Below, in pieces: positions 1 to 11,103 of a stretch of 64,000 bases of DNA (position 1 is its first letter; each line of letters starts with the position of its first letter). The DNA is from a cyanobacterium endosymbiont of Rhopalodia gibba. Lineage in GTDB: Bacteria; Cyanobacteriota; Cyanobacteriia; Cyanobacteriales; Microcystaceae. The notes under the pieces are model-generated. The model was not told the origin of the DNA, ran no database searches, and was given only the letters and a program-made list of their open reading frames with translations. Location: the NCBI GenBank assembly GCA_045159875.1, contig CP067995.1:160001-224000 (forward strand). Direction: 5' to 3'. A program made the translations under genes and the position numbers.

Positions 1-941
1 ATTCAAGGATTTATGATGTGCAAAGGATTCTAAAGTCCATTAATTCTTCAGATAAGATGATTTTGTTAGAACAGATATTATCTGAATATCGAGCAGAAAA
101 TATTATTAAGCGATTAGCATTAATTTTAGAGGATATCAATTTATTTTTTGACAGCAAGATTCAGTATAGTAATGATATTCAAAATTTAACTAAGTTAAAA
201 GTTACTAAATTATTTGTTAAAAGAGTTTGGAAGAAGATAAAAAAATATAAAAATAACATTGATTCTTAGAAGAATTAATATTATTTTTATACGATTATCG
301 TATTTTATGCAATAATCATTTTTTGTATAGCCAAACTAATTATTCCTGTTTTTATTGTTGATGAATGAATGCTTGTAAGTTCCAGCTTGATTCTATTACT
401 GCTACTTATACAAGTCAATAGTTTTTATATGCTATTTTTTTAGATTAAATAGATTGAGTCACTTTAAACCATTTATTTGTTTGGCTTTGGGTTAGTTCTT
501 AAATTTTTAGGAATTTATTTAGATGTTTTTACTTTTCTATATAGATCAACCTTGGTCATTTTTATTACTTCAAGGCTTTAACACTCTTTATCCTCAAAAA
601 ATCTATAAATATAGAATAGAGTGGAGAGATCAATAAAACGTCTAAAAATATTTAGATTTACTATTTCTAGGTTTAGCAATTTTTTAGAGAAAAAGCACAA
701 CTTTTAGTGTTTTTTTGTATAAAAAACTCTACAATAATTCAAGTTCCTTTAAATACAAAACCTAAATTATTGAACTTAGAACTATAGCTTTCTGGAAAAC
801 CTAGCTAGTAACGATAAAAAAAGTTTTGATAATTACTATCAAATAGTTATTTGATGAGCAAGTTTAAAAAATATATTAGTGTAGTCTAAAAAACTAGATA
901 ATTTATTAGTTATATCTTAATTTTGATTGATCTGAATCAAT

Positions 942-3491
942 TTAAAGTAACGGTGACAATATAAGCCATCCCTTAAAAAGGTTGCCCTGCATTATGGCTG
1001 CGATACCGTATAACATTTGTAATTCTTCAGTATTAGGTTCAAGTTCAAGAGCAGATTTCAACAAAGTTTCTGCAACTTTTGGTTGCCAATCATAGAGATA
1101 AACAAACGCCAGATAGGCATGGTGATAGGGGTTATTGGGATTAAGTTTAATTAGTTGTTTTAAAGCAGTGATCGCACCTTTAGGATTTTCTTGTAAAACA
1201 TGGGACAGTACTAACCCATAAGTCCAGTCTAGTTCATATTGTCCTGGGTGATGATTTAAGCGATAAGTTAATGATTCTTCTGCTTGTTTAAGATAATCTT
1301 GAATTGGATCATATTGGTTAATCCGATCAACTTGCTCAAAAATGGAGTCAAGTCCCTCTATTCCTTGAGCTAGATTTAAGGAAAGTTGTCTTAATCTTGT
1401 GACTAAATCTAATGGGAATGAAGAGATAGGAGAAGCATTATTATCGATGGTAATATTAACATCAGAAATAACGATAGGATAAGTTTCTCCAGTATTGCGA
1501 TTAAGATATATTCCTGTTAATTGATAATCTCCTGAAGGCAAATCTTTAGGAACCATCATTCCTAAATTTTCAATAACCTTAAAGTTTTGTTCGTCTGGAT
1601 AATTTCCAAACAACATTCCTCCTCCAATTCCATGATCGTGTATCCAAAGCTTAACTGATTTTTGAGTTTGGTTTTCTTTGTTTTCTATAAGTTCCCAGTT
1701 TAATAAAAGCAAACCTGATTTTAATTCTTTCCAAGAGCCTGACCATTCATAAGTAATAGGAATAGGAAACCCTGAAGGAATTCTTTGGGGTATTTTAATT
1801 TTATCTAAATTAACTTTATTAGACGTATTTAAGTTTTCTTTGACGATTACAGATGGAAGTTGACGATGGTATAAAGTCAAAATATTTTTATCAGATAGAT
1901 TCCAATTTTTAACAGTTAAAAAGTTAGTATCAGTTTCTAGTTTTTGAGCCAAAGCTAATTGAGGTTTTCTAGCAAATCCATTGTCTCCCGTTTTAGTAAC
2001 AAACCAATCAAAATATTTTTGGTCTTGTTGTATATCTTCTTCTTTATTGCCCAATTCTCGTCCATGAACTTGAAAATTAGCGACTTGTCCATAATAATTA
2101 AGGGTATTATGATTAAAAAAATCTGTATTAACAATCACCCCCAAATTAGATATCTGATAAGGACTTATTTCCTGTACAGTTCTAATAAGTTCAGTATTGG
2201 GAATATCTTCATTAAGATAGGGACGGAATAATCCTCCTGAACTTAATATTAAAGTAAGTTTATCCGTCCCAGGAATAGGAAACAAATTGGTACACATAAC
2301 CACGAAGACAAGTCCTAAAGTGGTCCATCTAACAGGTTCCCATTTTCCTCTCCACTGAATTAAACCGTAAGCCAAAAATATCGCCAAAATTGGCAAATAA
2401 GACATGATATAGCGAGTATCTTTGTTGAAGATAGCTGAACAAATTAAGTATGAACCTATAAAATAAATAGCTAACCAAATAATTCCTTGTCTCAGTTTAC
2501 TTATTTCTATTTCTTGTTTACTTTTAGGAAATTTTCCTAATCCATTTAGTATTAAACCAACTAAAGGAACTACTAGTAATATCCAAGTGACTGCCGAAGG
2601 TAAATCTTGCCAATAATAAGTCCAAGCTGCTAGGGTGTTAAGAGGAGGATCTCCTTCATATGAGGCAGGTATTGCATTAGAATTACGAATTGTACTAAAT
2701 AAATAAATCCAATTAGTTCGATACCAGGGAAACCAAATTAGACTAGATATGATAAAACTAATAGTTAATTGTAATATTCTTTTCCACTTACATTGAAAAA
2801 TGTAGCTTATCGCTAACCATAGTAAAGGAGTAAGCAAGAAAAACATGACACTTTGTTTGGTTAATAATGTCAATCCCCAACAGATTCCAAAGATGACTGC
2901 CCATAGCCATTGTTTATGATAGATTTTCTGGAGTTTCCAAATAGTTAAACAACAAAAACACAGAACTGTCAATGTCATTAATGGAGTATCAATCAAAAAT
3001 TGTAGGCGGCTTTGATATAATCTAGGAAATAACATCGATAAACCAGCTCCCCACAAGCCGATTTGATCATTAAATAGAATTTTACCTAATCTATAAACTG
3101 CTAAGATTAAGATACTATTGTAAAATAAATTAGTAATTAATGCGGTATCATTACCAACCCCAAAAACCTTTTGAAATAAAGCAGCAATAATATAGGTTAA
3201 CGGAGGATACTTTGATGATATCATCCAAAAATTTCGCCACCATTCACTATCAAAAAAGTGTGGAGACTCTAATGCGTGAAGATATTGGAGAGACTTAGTT
3301 AAATGATTACTTTGATCCCAAGGGGGAATAGAATGATCTAAAATTAGCCAGATATGATCACTTAGACTACTGATCAACCAAATTAGTCCTAGTATTATCC
3401 ATACTTTAGTGGGGCTTAGGAATAGTTTTTTGATGTTCATCTTGATAAGACTAATCGTAGAAGTGATATGATCATTAATGTATTCTAACAT
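942..3491 (-). CDS. GT39/PMT_2-like (ArnT-like) polyprenyl-phosphate-dependent membrane glycosyltransferase with C-terminal TPR-like region
   Basis: 849-aa ORF; N-terminal 'PPWDQSNH', 'KYPPLTY', 'LLTKQS' and 'NKDTRYIMSYLP' GT-C-type motifs with many TM segments; C-terminal 'NPNNPYHHAYLAFVYL' TPR-like. True start may be the Met at 3440. Confidence 0.75.
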   Translation of the reverse strand: MLEYINDHITSTISLIKMNIKKLFLSPTKVWIILGLIWLISSLSDHIWLILDHSIPPWDQSNHLTKSLQYLHALESPHFFDSEWWRNFWMISSKYPPLTYIIAALFQKVFGVGNDTALITNLFYNSILILAVYRLGKILFNDQIGLWGAGLSMLFPRLYQSRLQFLIDTPLMTLTVLCFCCLTIWKLQKIYHKQWLWAVIFGICWGLTLLTKQSVMFFLLTPLLWLAISYIFQCKWKRILQLTISFIISSLIWFPWYRTNWIYLFSTIRNSNAIPASYEGDPPLNTLAAWTYYWQDLPSAVTWILLVVPLVGLILNGLGKFPKSKQEIEISKLRQGIIWLAIYFIGSYLICSAIFNKDTRYIMSYLPILAIFLAYGLIQWRGKWEPVRWTTLGLVFVVMCTNLFPIPGTDKLTLILSSGGLFRPYLNEDIPNTELIRTVQEISPYQISNLGVIVNTDFFNHNTLNYYGQVANFQVHGRELGNKEEDIQQDQKYFDWFVTKTGDNGFARKPQLALAQKLETDTNFLTVKNWNLSDKNILTLYHRQLPSVIVKENLNTSNKVNLDKIKIPQRIPSGFPIPITYEWSGSWKELKSGLLLLNWELIENKENQTQKSVKLWIHDHGIGGGMLFGNYPDEQNFKVIENLGMMVPKDLPSGDYQLTGIYLNRNTGETYPIVISDVNITIDNNASPISSFPLDLVTRLRQLSLNLAQGIEGLDSIFEQVDRINQYDPIQDYLKQAEESLTYRLNHHPGQYELDWTYGLVLSHVLQENPKGAITALKQLIKLNPNNPYHHAYLAFVYLYDWQPKVAETLLKSALELEPNTEELQMLYGIAAIMQGNLFKGWLILSPLL

Positions 3492-4264
3492 TATAGCTAG
3501 TTCTGGAAATTTGCTTATTTACCTGAATAGCATTGAGAACAAAAAAATAATATTTTTACTATTTTAGTGGTACTTAAATAAACTTTTTTTTATTTTTTTT
3601 ATTAGTCTTATTGACTTCTATTAAAGAGCCAGTAACTGATTCAAATTATTACAAATTTAATGTTTAACTAAGTATTCTAAAAAAGTCTCTAAACTATTCA
3701 AAAAATTCAATTTAGTTAATCGTTTAACTCGTCTTTATTTGAAGCCATAAAAAATATCTCTGTTTAAAGTTTGCTTGATCAATAATTTCAACCTAAATTT
3801 TAAAAAAAATTACCTATTTTATGAAAATTACTATGTCAAAAAAAATTAAAATCATATAAAAAGCTTAGAAGCATATTGATACTGTAGTCACTTTCCTTGA
3901 ATTATCTAATTTAATCTATTCTTAGAATCTAACTTTAAGTTCAAAAATAATCGCTATTAATCTCACAACAATATTATAAATTGTAGGAACTTCTATTGGG
4001 ATAAAGTCTGCTCGAAAATAAAAATCACAAAAAAGTGCGCCACAATTCAAGTAATTGTTACTGATAAATCGGGAGAAGAAGTAAGACTAGGAGAAAGTCA
4101 TACTTTATGAGTAAATCCTATAAATGTCTCTCTTGATAAGAGATTAGTTTCAATTTTAGAAACAATTAAGAAAGTATATTTATTTTTTTAAAAAATTTTT
4201 ACTACTTTAATATATTTGAAATATACAACAATAATTTTCTTATATTATCTAATTTTCGTTTCAA

Positions 4265-4874
4265 AAAAACTTTCGTTAACGTCACCCTATTTTACTAATT
4301 TATGAACTACATAATACCTTGGCCAGATTTGAGACTATAACTGGCTATTTTACAGAAATGAGGTGGTCAGTATATTTTTTGAATTTAAAACCCAATGACG
4401 GGGATGAGCATCTAGAACATTTAGCTAAATAAATAGTAGACTATATTTATTTAGTAGTGCTTTTAGTCCGAAAAGATTTATAGATTTAATTCTATTTAGA
4501 ATGGGGTAGCGGTGACACTCTATGTATCTCCAATACTTTGGAGGAGTCAAGCAAGCAGAATTTCCTAACATTTCTGCATCTAAAATAATGCAACATTAGG
4601 CACTAACGTTTTGGTGAATTCAGGGATTAAACCAATATGTCCTAATAGTGAATTGCTAACTCATTTAAATCACAATATCCCAAAAAGTCTAGAAATAATC
4701 AATGTTACAGTCATATAGACTCCCTATTGTCTAATAATTTAACTCCTCAAGAGCCAAATAGTTTTAAAATTAATCTAGGTAATGAAATTTAAACTCCAGT
4801 TTTGACTCATGAATGGATGGTTAAAGATATGAAAACTTTAACAGCAATTTCTTAAGCCTTATCTGAACCCGTTA
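4265..4874 (+). pseudogene. Lipase/esterase (alpha/beta hydrolase, lipase class 2-like) pseudogene
   Basis: Manual translation across stops and frameshifts gives 'RHPILLIY', 'NLKPNDGDEHLEHLAK', 'DLILFRMG' (decayed GxSMGG nucleophile elbow), 'GIKPICPNSELL', 'PVLTHEWMVKD'. Confidence 0.7.
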
Positions 4875-4908
4875 ACAGTCGTATAAACTAGATTAGTAAA
4901 ATAAACTT

Positions 4909-6387
4909 ATGGATTCAATTCAAGCATCTAAAATAGAATATGTTGATGTCGTTGTTGTTGGAGGTGGTATTGCTGGAATTGCTATAACTGAATTTCTCTC
5001 TCGTCATAGTAATTTAACTATTAAAGTTTTAGAAAAATCTCTTAAATTGGGTAACTTAGCATCGGGTAAATTGGAAGGATGGTTTCATACAGGGGCTTTA
5101 TATTCTGGTCAAGACGATGCCCAAACTTTTATCAATTGTGTCAATGGAGTAGAAGACATAATCAATCTTTATAGTTCCTATTTTCCGGAAAACTGTAATA
5201 TTAATTTAACTGAGAAATCTTCTAATTTTTACAGTCCAACTATTATCCCTAATTCCCAAGGATGGTTTGATGCTCGACCAGTACATATTATTCATCCCCA
5301 AGCTGATGCACCAGAAATTAGTTCATCTCGTTTGAGAAGTGATACAGTACAGATTAATATTCAACTAAATAGAGTCTTAGGTAGGTTGGAAGTTGCTTAT
5401 GGAAAACAACATAATTGGAAAAATAATAATAGTTGTATTGCTCCCAGTTACGCCCAAGTAGAAAATCACGAAGGGATATTTTGTTCTTTGCGCCAATCAA
5501 ATGAAACTATTCATAATCTTTGTTCGCAATTTGATAATTCCTATGGAATAAAGCCCTCTAATTATGAAGTTCTCCACACCCTAGATTGTTCGATGAACAC
5601 AAGTATAATTCTCAGAGATTTAGTGGCAAGTTGTCTATATCAGGGAGTAACGTTTGAAACGGGAGTTACCATTGATAAACTCTTAATAGATCGCTACGGT
5701 CCAATTCGTCTGAAAAGTTTAATTTGTAAAACTAAAGAAGGACTACCTAAAAGACTGAAAGCTAAGTTGTTTATTTTTGCAGTTGGGGAAGGATTTGAAT
5801 CCTTTTTAGCAGACTTGCAGGTAAGGGCTAGACTAAAGCGGAGTCGAAGTGCCATGGTGGTAGCCTATCCAGCCTTAGCGAATAATAATTTTGTCAGAAT
5901 GTCTACAAAAAACCGCTTTCATTTCAATCATTTTGTTCAGCAAAGAGAAAAGGGCAACCAAAAATTCATCTACTCAATGTTAGCTAATTCAGGTTATATC
6001 AGAGATGAAGAACCAGAAGACATTGATATTGAGCCTATTCTAGAATTAGCAGAGCGTTATTTTGGTCAAGAAAAACTACATAGTAGTCAGCTTTTTAGTT
6101 ATGAATGTATGAAAACTGAATTTATTAGTGAAGAAGAACAAAAAAGGCGTTACAGTTATTGGATTGAATCCAATCCTAAAAGTAATTATTTATGCGTTCT
6201 TCCTGGTAAATTCTCTTTTTTCCCTACTGTTGCATACCAAGCTTATCAGCGTATTAAAACCTTGATTGACTTCGAAGAATCTTCTCCTAAAATAGCGTTT
6301 GATTCTACAACCTTGAAAGAAGTAAAAGAACAAGCAAAAAATTTAGTTGCTGACTCTTACCCTCTACAAATTTTTGCGGTTAGATAG
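4909..6387 (+). CDS. FAD-dependent oxidoreductase (DAO/GlpD-like superfamily), substrate unknown
   Basis: 492 aa; 'DVVVVGGGIAG' Rossmann motif, 'LEK...ASGKLEGWFHTGALY', C-terminal 'LPGKF'. Confidence 0.75.
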   Translation: MDSIQASKIEYVDVVVVGGGIAGIAITEFLSRHSNLTIKVLEKSLKLGNLASGKLEGWFHTGALYSGQDDAQTFINCVNGVEDIINLYSSYFPENCNINLTEKSSNFYSPTIIPNSQGWFDARPVHIIHPQADAPEISSSRLRSDTVQINIQLNRVLGRLEVAYGKQHNWKNNNSCIAPSYAQVENHEGIFCSLRQSNETIHNLCSQFDNSYGIKPSNYEVLHTLDCSMNTSIILRDLVASCLYQGVTFETGVTIDKLLIDRYGPIRLKSLICKTKEGLPKRLKAKLFIFAVGEGFESFLADLQVRARLKRSRSAMVVAYPALANNNFVRMSTKNRFHFNHFVQQREKGNQKFIYSMLANSGYIRDEEPEDIDIEPILELAERYFGQEKLHSSQLFSYECMKTEFISEEEQKRRYSYWIESNPKSNYLCVLPGKFSFFPTVAYQAYQRIKTLIDFEESSPKIAFDSTTLKEVKEQAKNLVADSYPLQIFAVR

Positions 6388-6437
6388 TAAAAGTTGTAGT
6401 CTTTGGACTTTTACTATTACTTTAAAAACTGGAGTTT

Positions 6438-6671
6438 TGTGTCCGAAAGCTTGTGCAGGTAAAAACTCTAAGTACTAAGTATTCTGGTTATGAACTGTAA
6501 TAATAGGATATACAAGAACAGGCTCCTGAAATTGGTTAAACGTCTGAGGAGAGGATTGCCTCTGGGTTGAAGACAAAAGAAGATTTTAATTTAAGCGAAG
6601 CTCGTTGAGCCATAAATCTAAAACAGTGATATTTAAAGAATCCACATACTTCAAAAAGTCGAGTATGTCAA
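6438..6671 (+). mobile_element. Degraded IS200/IS605-family (tnpB) 3' end relic
   Basis: Ends with 'aagaatccacatacttcaaaaagtcgagtatgtcaa', resembling cyanobacterial IS605-type right ends (gaatccc...gagtatgTCAA). Upstream residue 'CPK.CAGK..LST' is reminiscent of the TnpB zinc-ribbon region. Confidence 0.55.
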
Positions 6672-6729
6672 CCAAGTTTCCTGAATATGACATGATATGG
6701 AATCAGAGTAAATCACCATTCAGCAGTCT

Positions 6730-7552
6730 ATGGAAATACCCTGACTGATTTTTGACGGACTGGTTATTGGAAGTATTATTGCTCTCACTGCAGTATGTTT
6801 AACCCTCACTCATGGAATTCTACGGCTATCTAACTTTACCCACGCTGATTTTATGATATTGTGGGTTTAATTTGACTTGGGTAGCTAAAATTGGCGGCAT
6901 TGTTGCTATGATCATCGCGGAATATCTACTGTGGAAACCAATGTGTGATCGCCGCGCTCCACCACTTTGATTGTTATTTCTATTGGCTTAGCATTGTTTA
7001 TTCGCAACGGAATTGTAATGATTTGGGGGGGTAATAATCAAAGCTATAAACTTCTTCTGGTTCCTGCTTAAGAATTTTTAGGAATTAAATTTGAACGAGA
7101 TCGACTAATAGTGATGGGGTTAGCTATTGTGGCTGTTACAGTTCTTCATTTTCTCTGACAAAAGACTAAACTGGGTAAAGCAATGCGAGCGGTAGCCGAT
7201 AATATAGACTTAGCAAGGGTATCAGGAATTAATGTAGAAAAAGTAGTTCTCTGGACTTGGGTGATTACGGGAGGGCTGACTACTTTGGGAGGAGTTATAT
7301 ATAGACTGATTTATACCATTAAACCGACCATGGGATGGTTCCTGATTTTACCCATATTTGCTTCAGTGATTTTAGGAAGAATTGGCAACTCTTATGAGGC
7401 AATTCTTGGTGGATTAGTGGTTGGTATTGTTTCGATAATTAAGTGTTAGTATTCTCTGGCTAGGTTCAGAATATAAATTAGGGGTATCTTTATTAATTAT
7501 GATTGTCATTCTCTTAGTTCGCCCCCAAGGACTTTTTAAAGGAATGATGTGA
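6730..7552 (+). pseudogene. natD: Branched-chain/neutral amino acid ABC permease (LivH/NatD) pseudogene
   Basis: 'MEIP*LIFDGLVIGSIIALTAVCLTLTHGILRLSNFTHADF', 'KTKLGKAMRAVADNIDLARVSGINVE', terminal 'LLVRPQGLFKGMM*'; multiple stops and frameshifts. The 7183-7449 ORF is an internal fragment. Confidence 0.9.
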
Positions 7553-7602
7553 TATATCCTCTCAAGAAGTAGTAAGATTTAAAAATTACTATTCAAAAAA
7601 TT

Positions 7603-7835
7603 ATGACTAAACTCAATAGACAAGACTGATAGAATCGCCGTGTTATTTATTAGGTTTATCCTTCAACTTTTAATGATGCTAATGGGTATGTACAGGGTGA
7701 TTTAGAAGAAATAATTAATTGCTTAGATTATTTTAAACAATATTTGGTAATTGATGCCATTTGGCTATTTTCAATTAATGAAGTCTTTCGTGATTGATAA
7801 TGGCTATGATATAATGACTATCTTGATATTTATCT
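7603..7835 (+). pseudogene. N-terminal relic of GH13 alpha-glucosidase/oligo-1,6-glucosidase
   Basis: 'MTKLNRQD**NRRVIY*VYPSTFNDANGYVQGDLEEIINCLDYFKQYLVIDAIWL...DNGYDI' matches the canonical GH13 start WW..AVIYQIYPRSF.D.NGDG.GDL.GI...LDYL..LGVDAIWLSP...DNGYD. Confidence 0.8.
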
Positions 7836-8351
7836 AGTTGATAGAATATTTATAATCTCAAAAATATCAAATAAAAATTTTCGTTAGTTTAGTGATAAAC
7901 CATAGTTATAATCAAATCATCAAAGATATATTGATGATAAAACTTTATATTTATATTTTTAATTGTTATATAACAGATTTAGTAGAATCAATTAAACTTA
8001 TTTAATCAAATAAAAAAAGGAATATACCTAAATATTCCATGGACAGGAAATAGCGTTGAATAAAAGTCTATGAAATTCTCGAAGAGATGTTTAAAAATGA
8101 ATAGGATTTAGCTGAGACAGTTAAACAAAATATTCTTTAAAAGAGTTACTTTAAAAAATACAAATCGAAGCAATATAAATTTAACTTTAATTGTCTAAAC
8201 ATAGGGCTGTAAATTAAAATAATTTGTTTTTTTTACATTTATTTAGAACGACTTACTTAAACATAATAAATTATAAAAAATAAAGCATAATAAAATGACA
8301 AAGCACATCATCATTTCAAAAATACTATTGACGACTATTTATTATTTACTA

Positions 8352-9356
8352 TTAGAATTGCGATAAGAACCGCATATCACTACTATAGAAACGGCGAATA
8401 TCATCAATTTTGTGTAACACCATAGCAAATCTTTCGACTCCTAAACCAGCAGCAAATCCTGTATAAACTTCCGGATCATAACCTACAGCTTTGAGTACAT
8501 TAGGAGCAACCATGCCGCATCCCATCACCTCTAACCATTTCCCTTGCCACTGTACATCCACTTCTGCTGAAGGTTCCGTAAAGGGAAAATAACTAGCACG
8601 GAATTTAACAGGTAATTCCTTCCCAAACATCTGTTTTAAAAACTCTTTAATAGTACCTTTTAAATTAGTAAAAGTTAACCCTTCGTCTACGGTTAAAATC
8701 TCCACTTGGTGGAATACTGCTGAATGGGTTGCATCCACGGTATCCCGACGATAGACACGTCCAGGGGACACAATACGGATGGGAGGTTTATGAGTCTCCA
8801 TATAGCGAATTTGGACAGGAGAGGTATGGGTTCGTAACAAACGACCATCAGCTAAAAAGAATGTATCTTGCATATCCCGCGCAGGATGATCGGAGGGAAT
8901 ATTCAACGCCTCAAAATTATAATAATCTGTTTCTAAATGGGGCCCGGTAGCTACACTGTACCCTAAACCAACAAAAATATCTAACACTTGATCAATAGTG
9001 CTATTAAGAGGATGAATACGACCTAGAGGACGACTGACCCCGGGCATAGTTACATCAAGGGTTTCTACAACAAGTTGAGCTTGAATCTGAGCAATTTGTA
9101 GGGTTTGACGTTGTCGGTCAAGATTAGTTTGTAAAGTTTCTTTGACTATATTAGCCAAGGACCCAACACGAGGACGTTCTTCCTCACTTAATTGTCCCAT
9201 ACCCCGCAAAATTATGGAAAGTTGCCCTTTTTTCCCTAGATAACTGATGCGAAGTTTTTCGAGGTCTTCCAAATCTGTGATAGATGCGATCGCATCTTGT
9301 GCTTCGTCCTGTAGAGTTTGTAATTCCAATTCTAAGGTGTTAGAAGTTGTAGTCAT
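8352..9356 (-). CDS. pheS: Phenylalanine--tRNA ligase alpha subunit
   Basis: '[10 protein letters not shown]', '[12 protein letters not shown]', '[12 protein letters not shown]', '[13 protein letters not shown]'. Confidence 0.99.
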   Translation of the reverse strand: MTTTSNTLELELQTLQDEAQDAIASITDLEDLEKLRISYLGKKGQLSIILRGMGQLSEEERPRVGSLANIVKETLQTNLDRQRQTLQIAQIQAQLVVETLDVTMPGVSRPLGRIHPLNSTIDQVLDIFVGLGYSVATGPHLETDYYNFEALNIPSDHPARDMQDTFFLADGRLLRTHTSPVQIRYMETHKPPIRIVSPGRVYRRDTVDATHSAVFHQVEILTVDEGLTFTNLKGTIKEFLKQMFGKELPVKFRASYFPFTEPSAEVDVQWQGKWLEVMGCGMVAPNVLKAVGYDPEVYTGFAAGLGVERFAMVLHKIDDIRRFYSSDMRFLSQF

Positions 9357-9623
9357 GGGGATAAAGTTAGAAGTTAGCAGTCAAAATTTATCTGAGAAAT
9401 ATTTTGACATCTACACCTTAGTGTATCGAAGTTTTGTCCTTACTCTTGTTTCAATTTTACTTAAATCATGATCACACTGAAACTTGATGAGAAGATTATA
9501 GTTAAGATAAATGTCTCAATTGTTGTGCTGTAACACTGCCCATTAAGGTTAGAACATGTGTAAAAGCCATAACTTTGTTGTACTCAAGTTTTACTTGTTG
9601 CCTTTCTTTTCTCCCTTTCAAGT

Positions 9624-10445
9624 TTGATCATGGAACCTTTAAAATTACTGATCTGTAATGATGATGGTATTTTCTCTCAGGGTATTCGCACCTTAGCAAA
9701 TACCCTATCCCAGGCAGGCAATGAGGTAACGGTGGTTTGTCCTGACCGCGAACGCTCAGCAACTGGTCATGGGTTAACCCTTCACCGCCCGATTCGTGCC
9801 GAGGTGGTGGAAAACCTTTTTCATCCTCAAGTGGTCGCTTGGTCCTGTTCAGGAACGCCCTCAGACTGCGTTAAATTTGCTCTCAGTGCTGTGTTCAAGA
9901 GCCTTCCTGATGTAGTCATTTCAGGAATTAATCACGGATCTAATTTAGGTACTGATGTATTGTATTCGGGGACGGTTTCAGCGGCTATGGAGGGAGTGAT
10001 CGAAGGGATTCCCAGTATTGCTATAAGTTTAGCTAGTTTTTCTTCAAAAGAATTTCAACCGGGAGCTAATTTTGCTTGTACCTTAGTCCAACAATTAGTT
10101 AGTCACCCATTACCGAAAGCAACCCTTTTAAATGTGAATATTCCTCCAGTCTCCCAAGATGTGATCGCCGGTGTGATGATCACCCGTCAAGGGTTACGCC
10201 GCTATGTAGAGCAATTTGAACAGCGTATTGATCCTAGGGGAAAAAGCTATTATTGGTTGGCTGGGGAGTTAGTCACTGAAATTGAACAACCCGAACATCT
10301 TCATCTTCCATCAGATATTCCTACAGATGTCCAAGGAATTCAACACAATTACATTACCATTACCCCGCTACAGTATAATTTGACAGATATTGAGGGATTT
10401 AAATATCTTTATAAAACTGGCTGGTTAGACACCTACCTAAGTTAA
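9624..10445 (+). CDS. surE: 5'/3'-nucleotidase SurE
   Basis: 'LLICNDDG', 'SGTPSDCV', '[10 protein letters not shown]', '[11 protein letters not shown]'. The start may be the ATG at 9630. Confidence 0.97.
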   Translation: MIMEPLKLLICNDDGIFSQGIRTLANTLSQAGNEVTVVCPDRERSATGHGLTLHRPIRAEVVENLFHPQVVAWSCSGTPSDCVKFALSAVFKSLPDVVISGINHGSNLGTDVLYSGTVSAAMEGVIEGIPSIAISLASFSSKEFQPGANFACTLVQQLVSHPLPKATLLNVNIPPVSQDVIAGVMITRQGLRRYVEQFEQRIDPRGKSYYWLAGELVTEIEQPEHLHLPSDIPTDVQGIQHNYITITPLQYNLTDIEGFKYLYKTGWLDTYLS

Positions 10446-10510
10446 TTCTTGTCAATAACTAATGACATTGTGTGATATTCTGATCAACTATCACAGTCCT
10501 ATTCAAGACC

Positions 10511-11092
10511 ATGTCCTCGTTCCAATTTAGTCCAGAAAACGAGCCAGAAGAAATTGATAGTGTTACCCTGACTGATAACGAGGGTCGCACTTTAGAATGT
10601 TATGTAGAAAACGCCCTGGAGGCAGAAGATGGAACTTATATACTTCTTATGCCTGTCGATATTCCTGTTGTTATTTTGTCCTGGGATGAGCAATCAGAGG
10701 AGGAAGACGAAGAAACTAATGTTGTTCTTTTAGAAGACAAAGTAGAAATCCAAGAAATTTTTCCTGATGCTAGGGCTGTTTTAGCTGAATTAGATTTAGC
10801 TTTAAGTTTTACAGCTTTTACTTTAACGGTTAAAGGAGAATTACCTCCCATTGAAGATGATGGTATTCTGAACCTTGAATTAGATACTGAAGAGGAACCC
10901 TTAGACTCAGAAGAATTACAGTTTTTGGCTGGATTCTATCACAAAGACCAAAAATATTCCGTTTATACTCCCCTTGCTCCTTTGTTATTTTTGGCTAAAT
11001 ATGACTTACTTGGACAAGTATCTTTAGTTTCTCCTGATGATCAGCAAATGCAGCCTATTTTGGAGGAGTTATTATTTGATGATACGGAATAA
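10511..11092 (+). CDS. Acidic conserved cyanobacterial protein (DUF3727/DUF1292-like)
   Basis: 193 aa, very acidic; 'LTDNEGRTLECYVE', 'LLMPVDIPV', 'YSVYTPLAPLLF'. Confidence 0.7.
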   Translation: MSSFQFSPENEPEEIDSVTLTDNEGRTLECYVENALEAEDGTYILLMPVDIPVVILSWDEQSEEEDEETNVVLLEDKVEIQEIFPDARAVLAELDLALSFTAFTLTVKGELPPIEDDGILNLELDTEEEPLDSEELQFLAGFYHKDQKYSVYTPLAPLLFLAKYDLLGQVSLVSPDDQQMQPILEELLFDDTE

Positions 11093-11103
11093 CTGATAAT
11101 TGT

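Noticed and set aside
18..620. 83-aa ORF and downstream Trp-containing fragments
   Set aside because: Probably the eroded tail of a gene entering from the left, but no family motif could be assigned.
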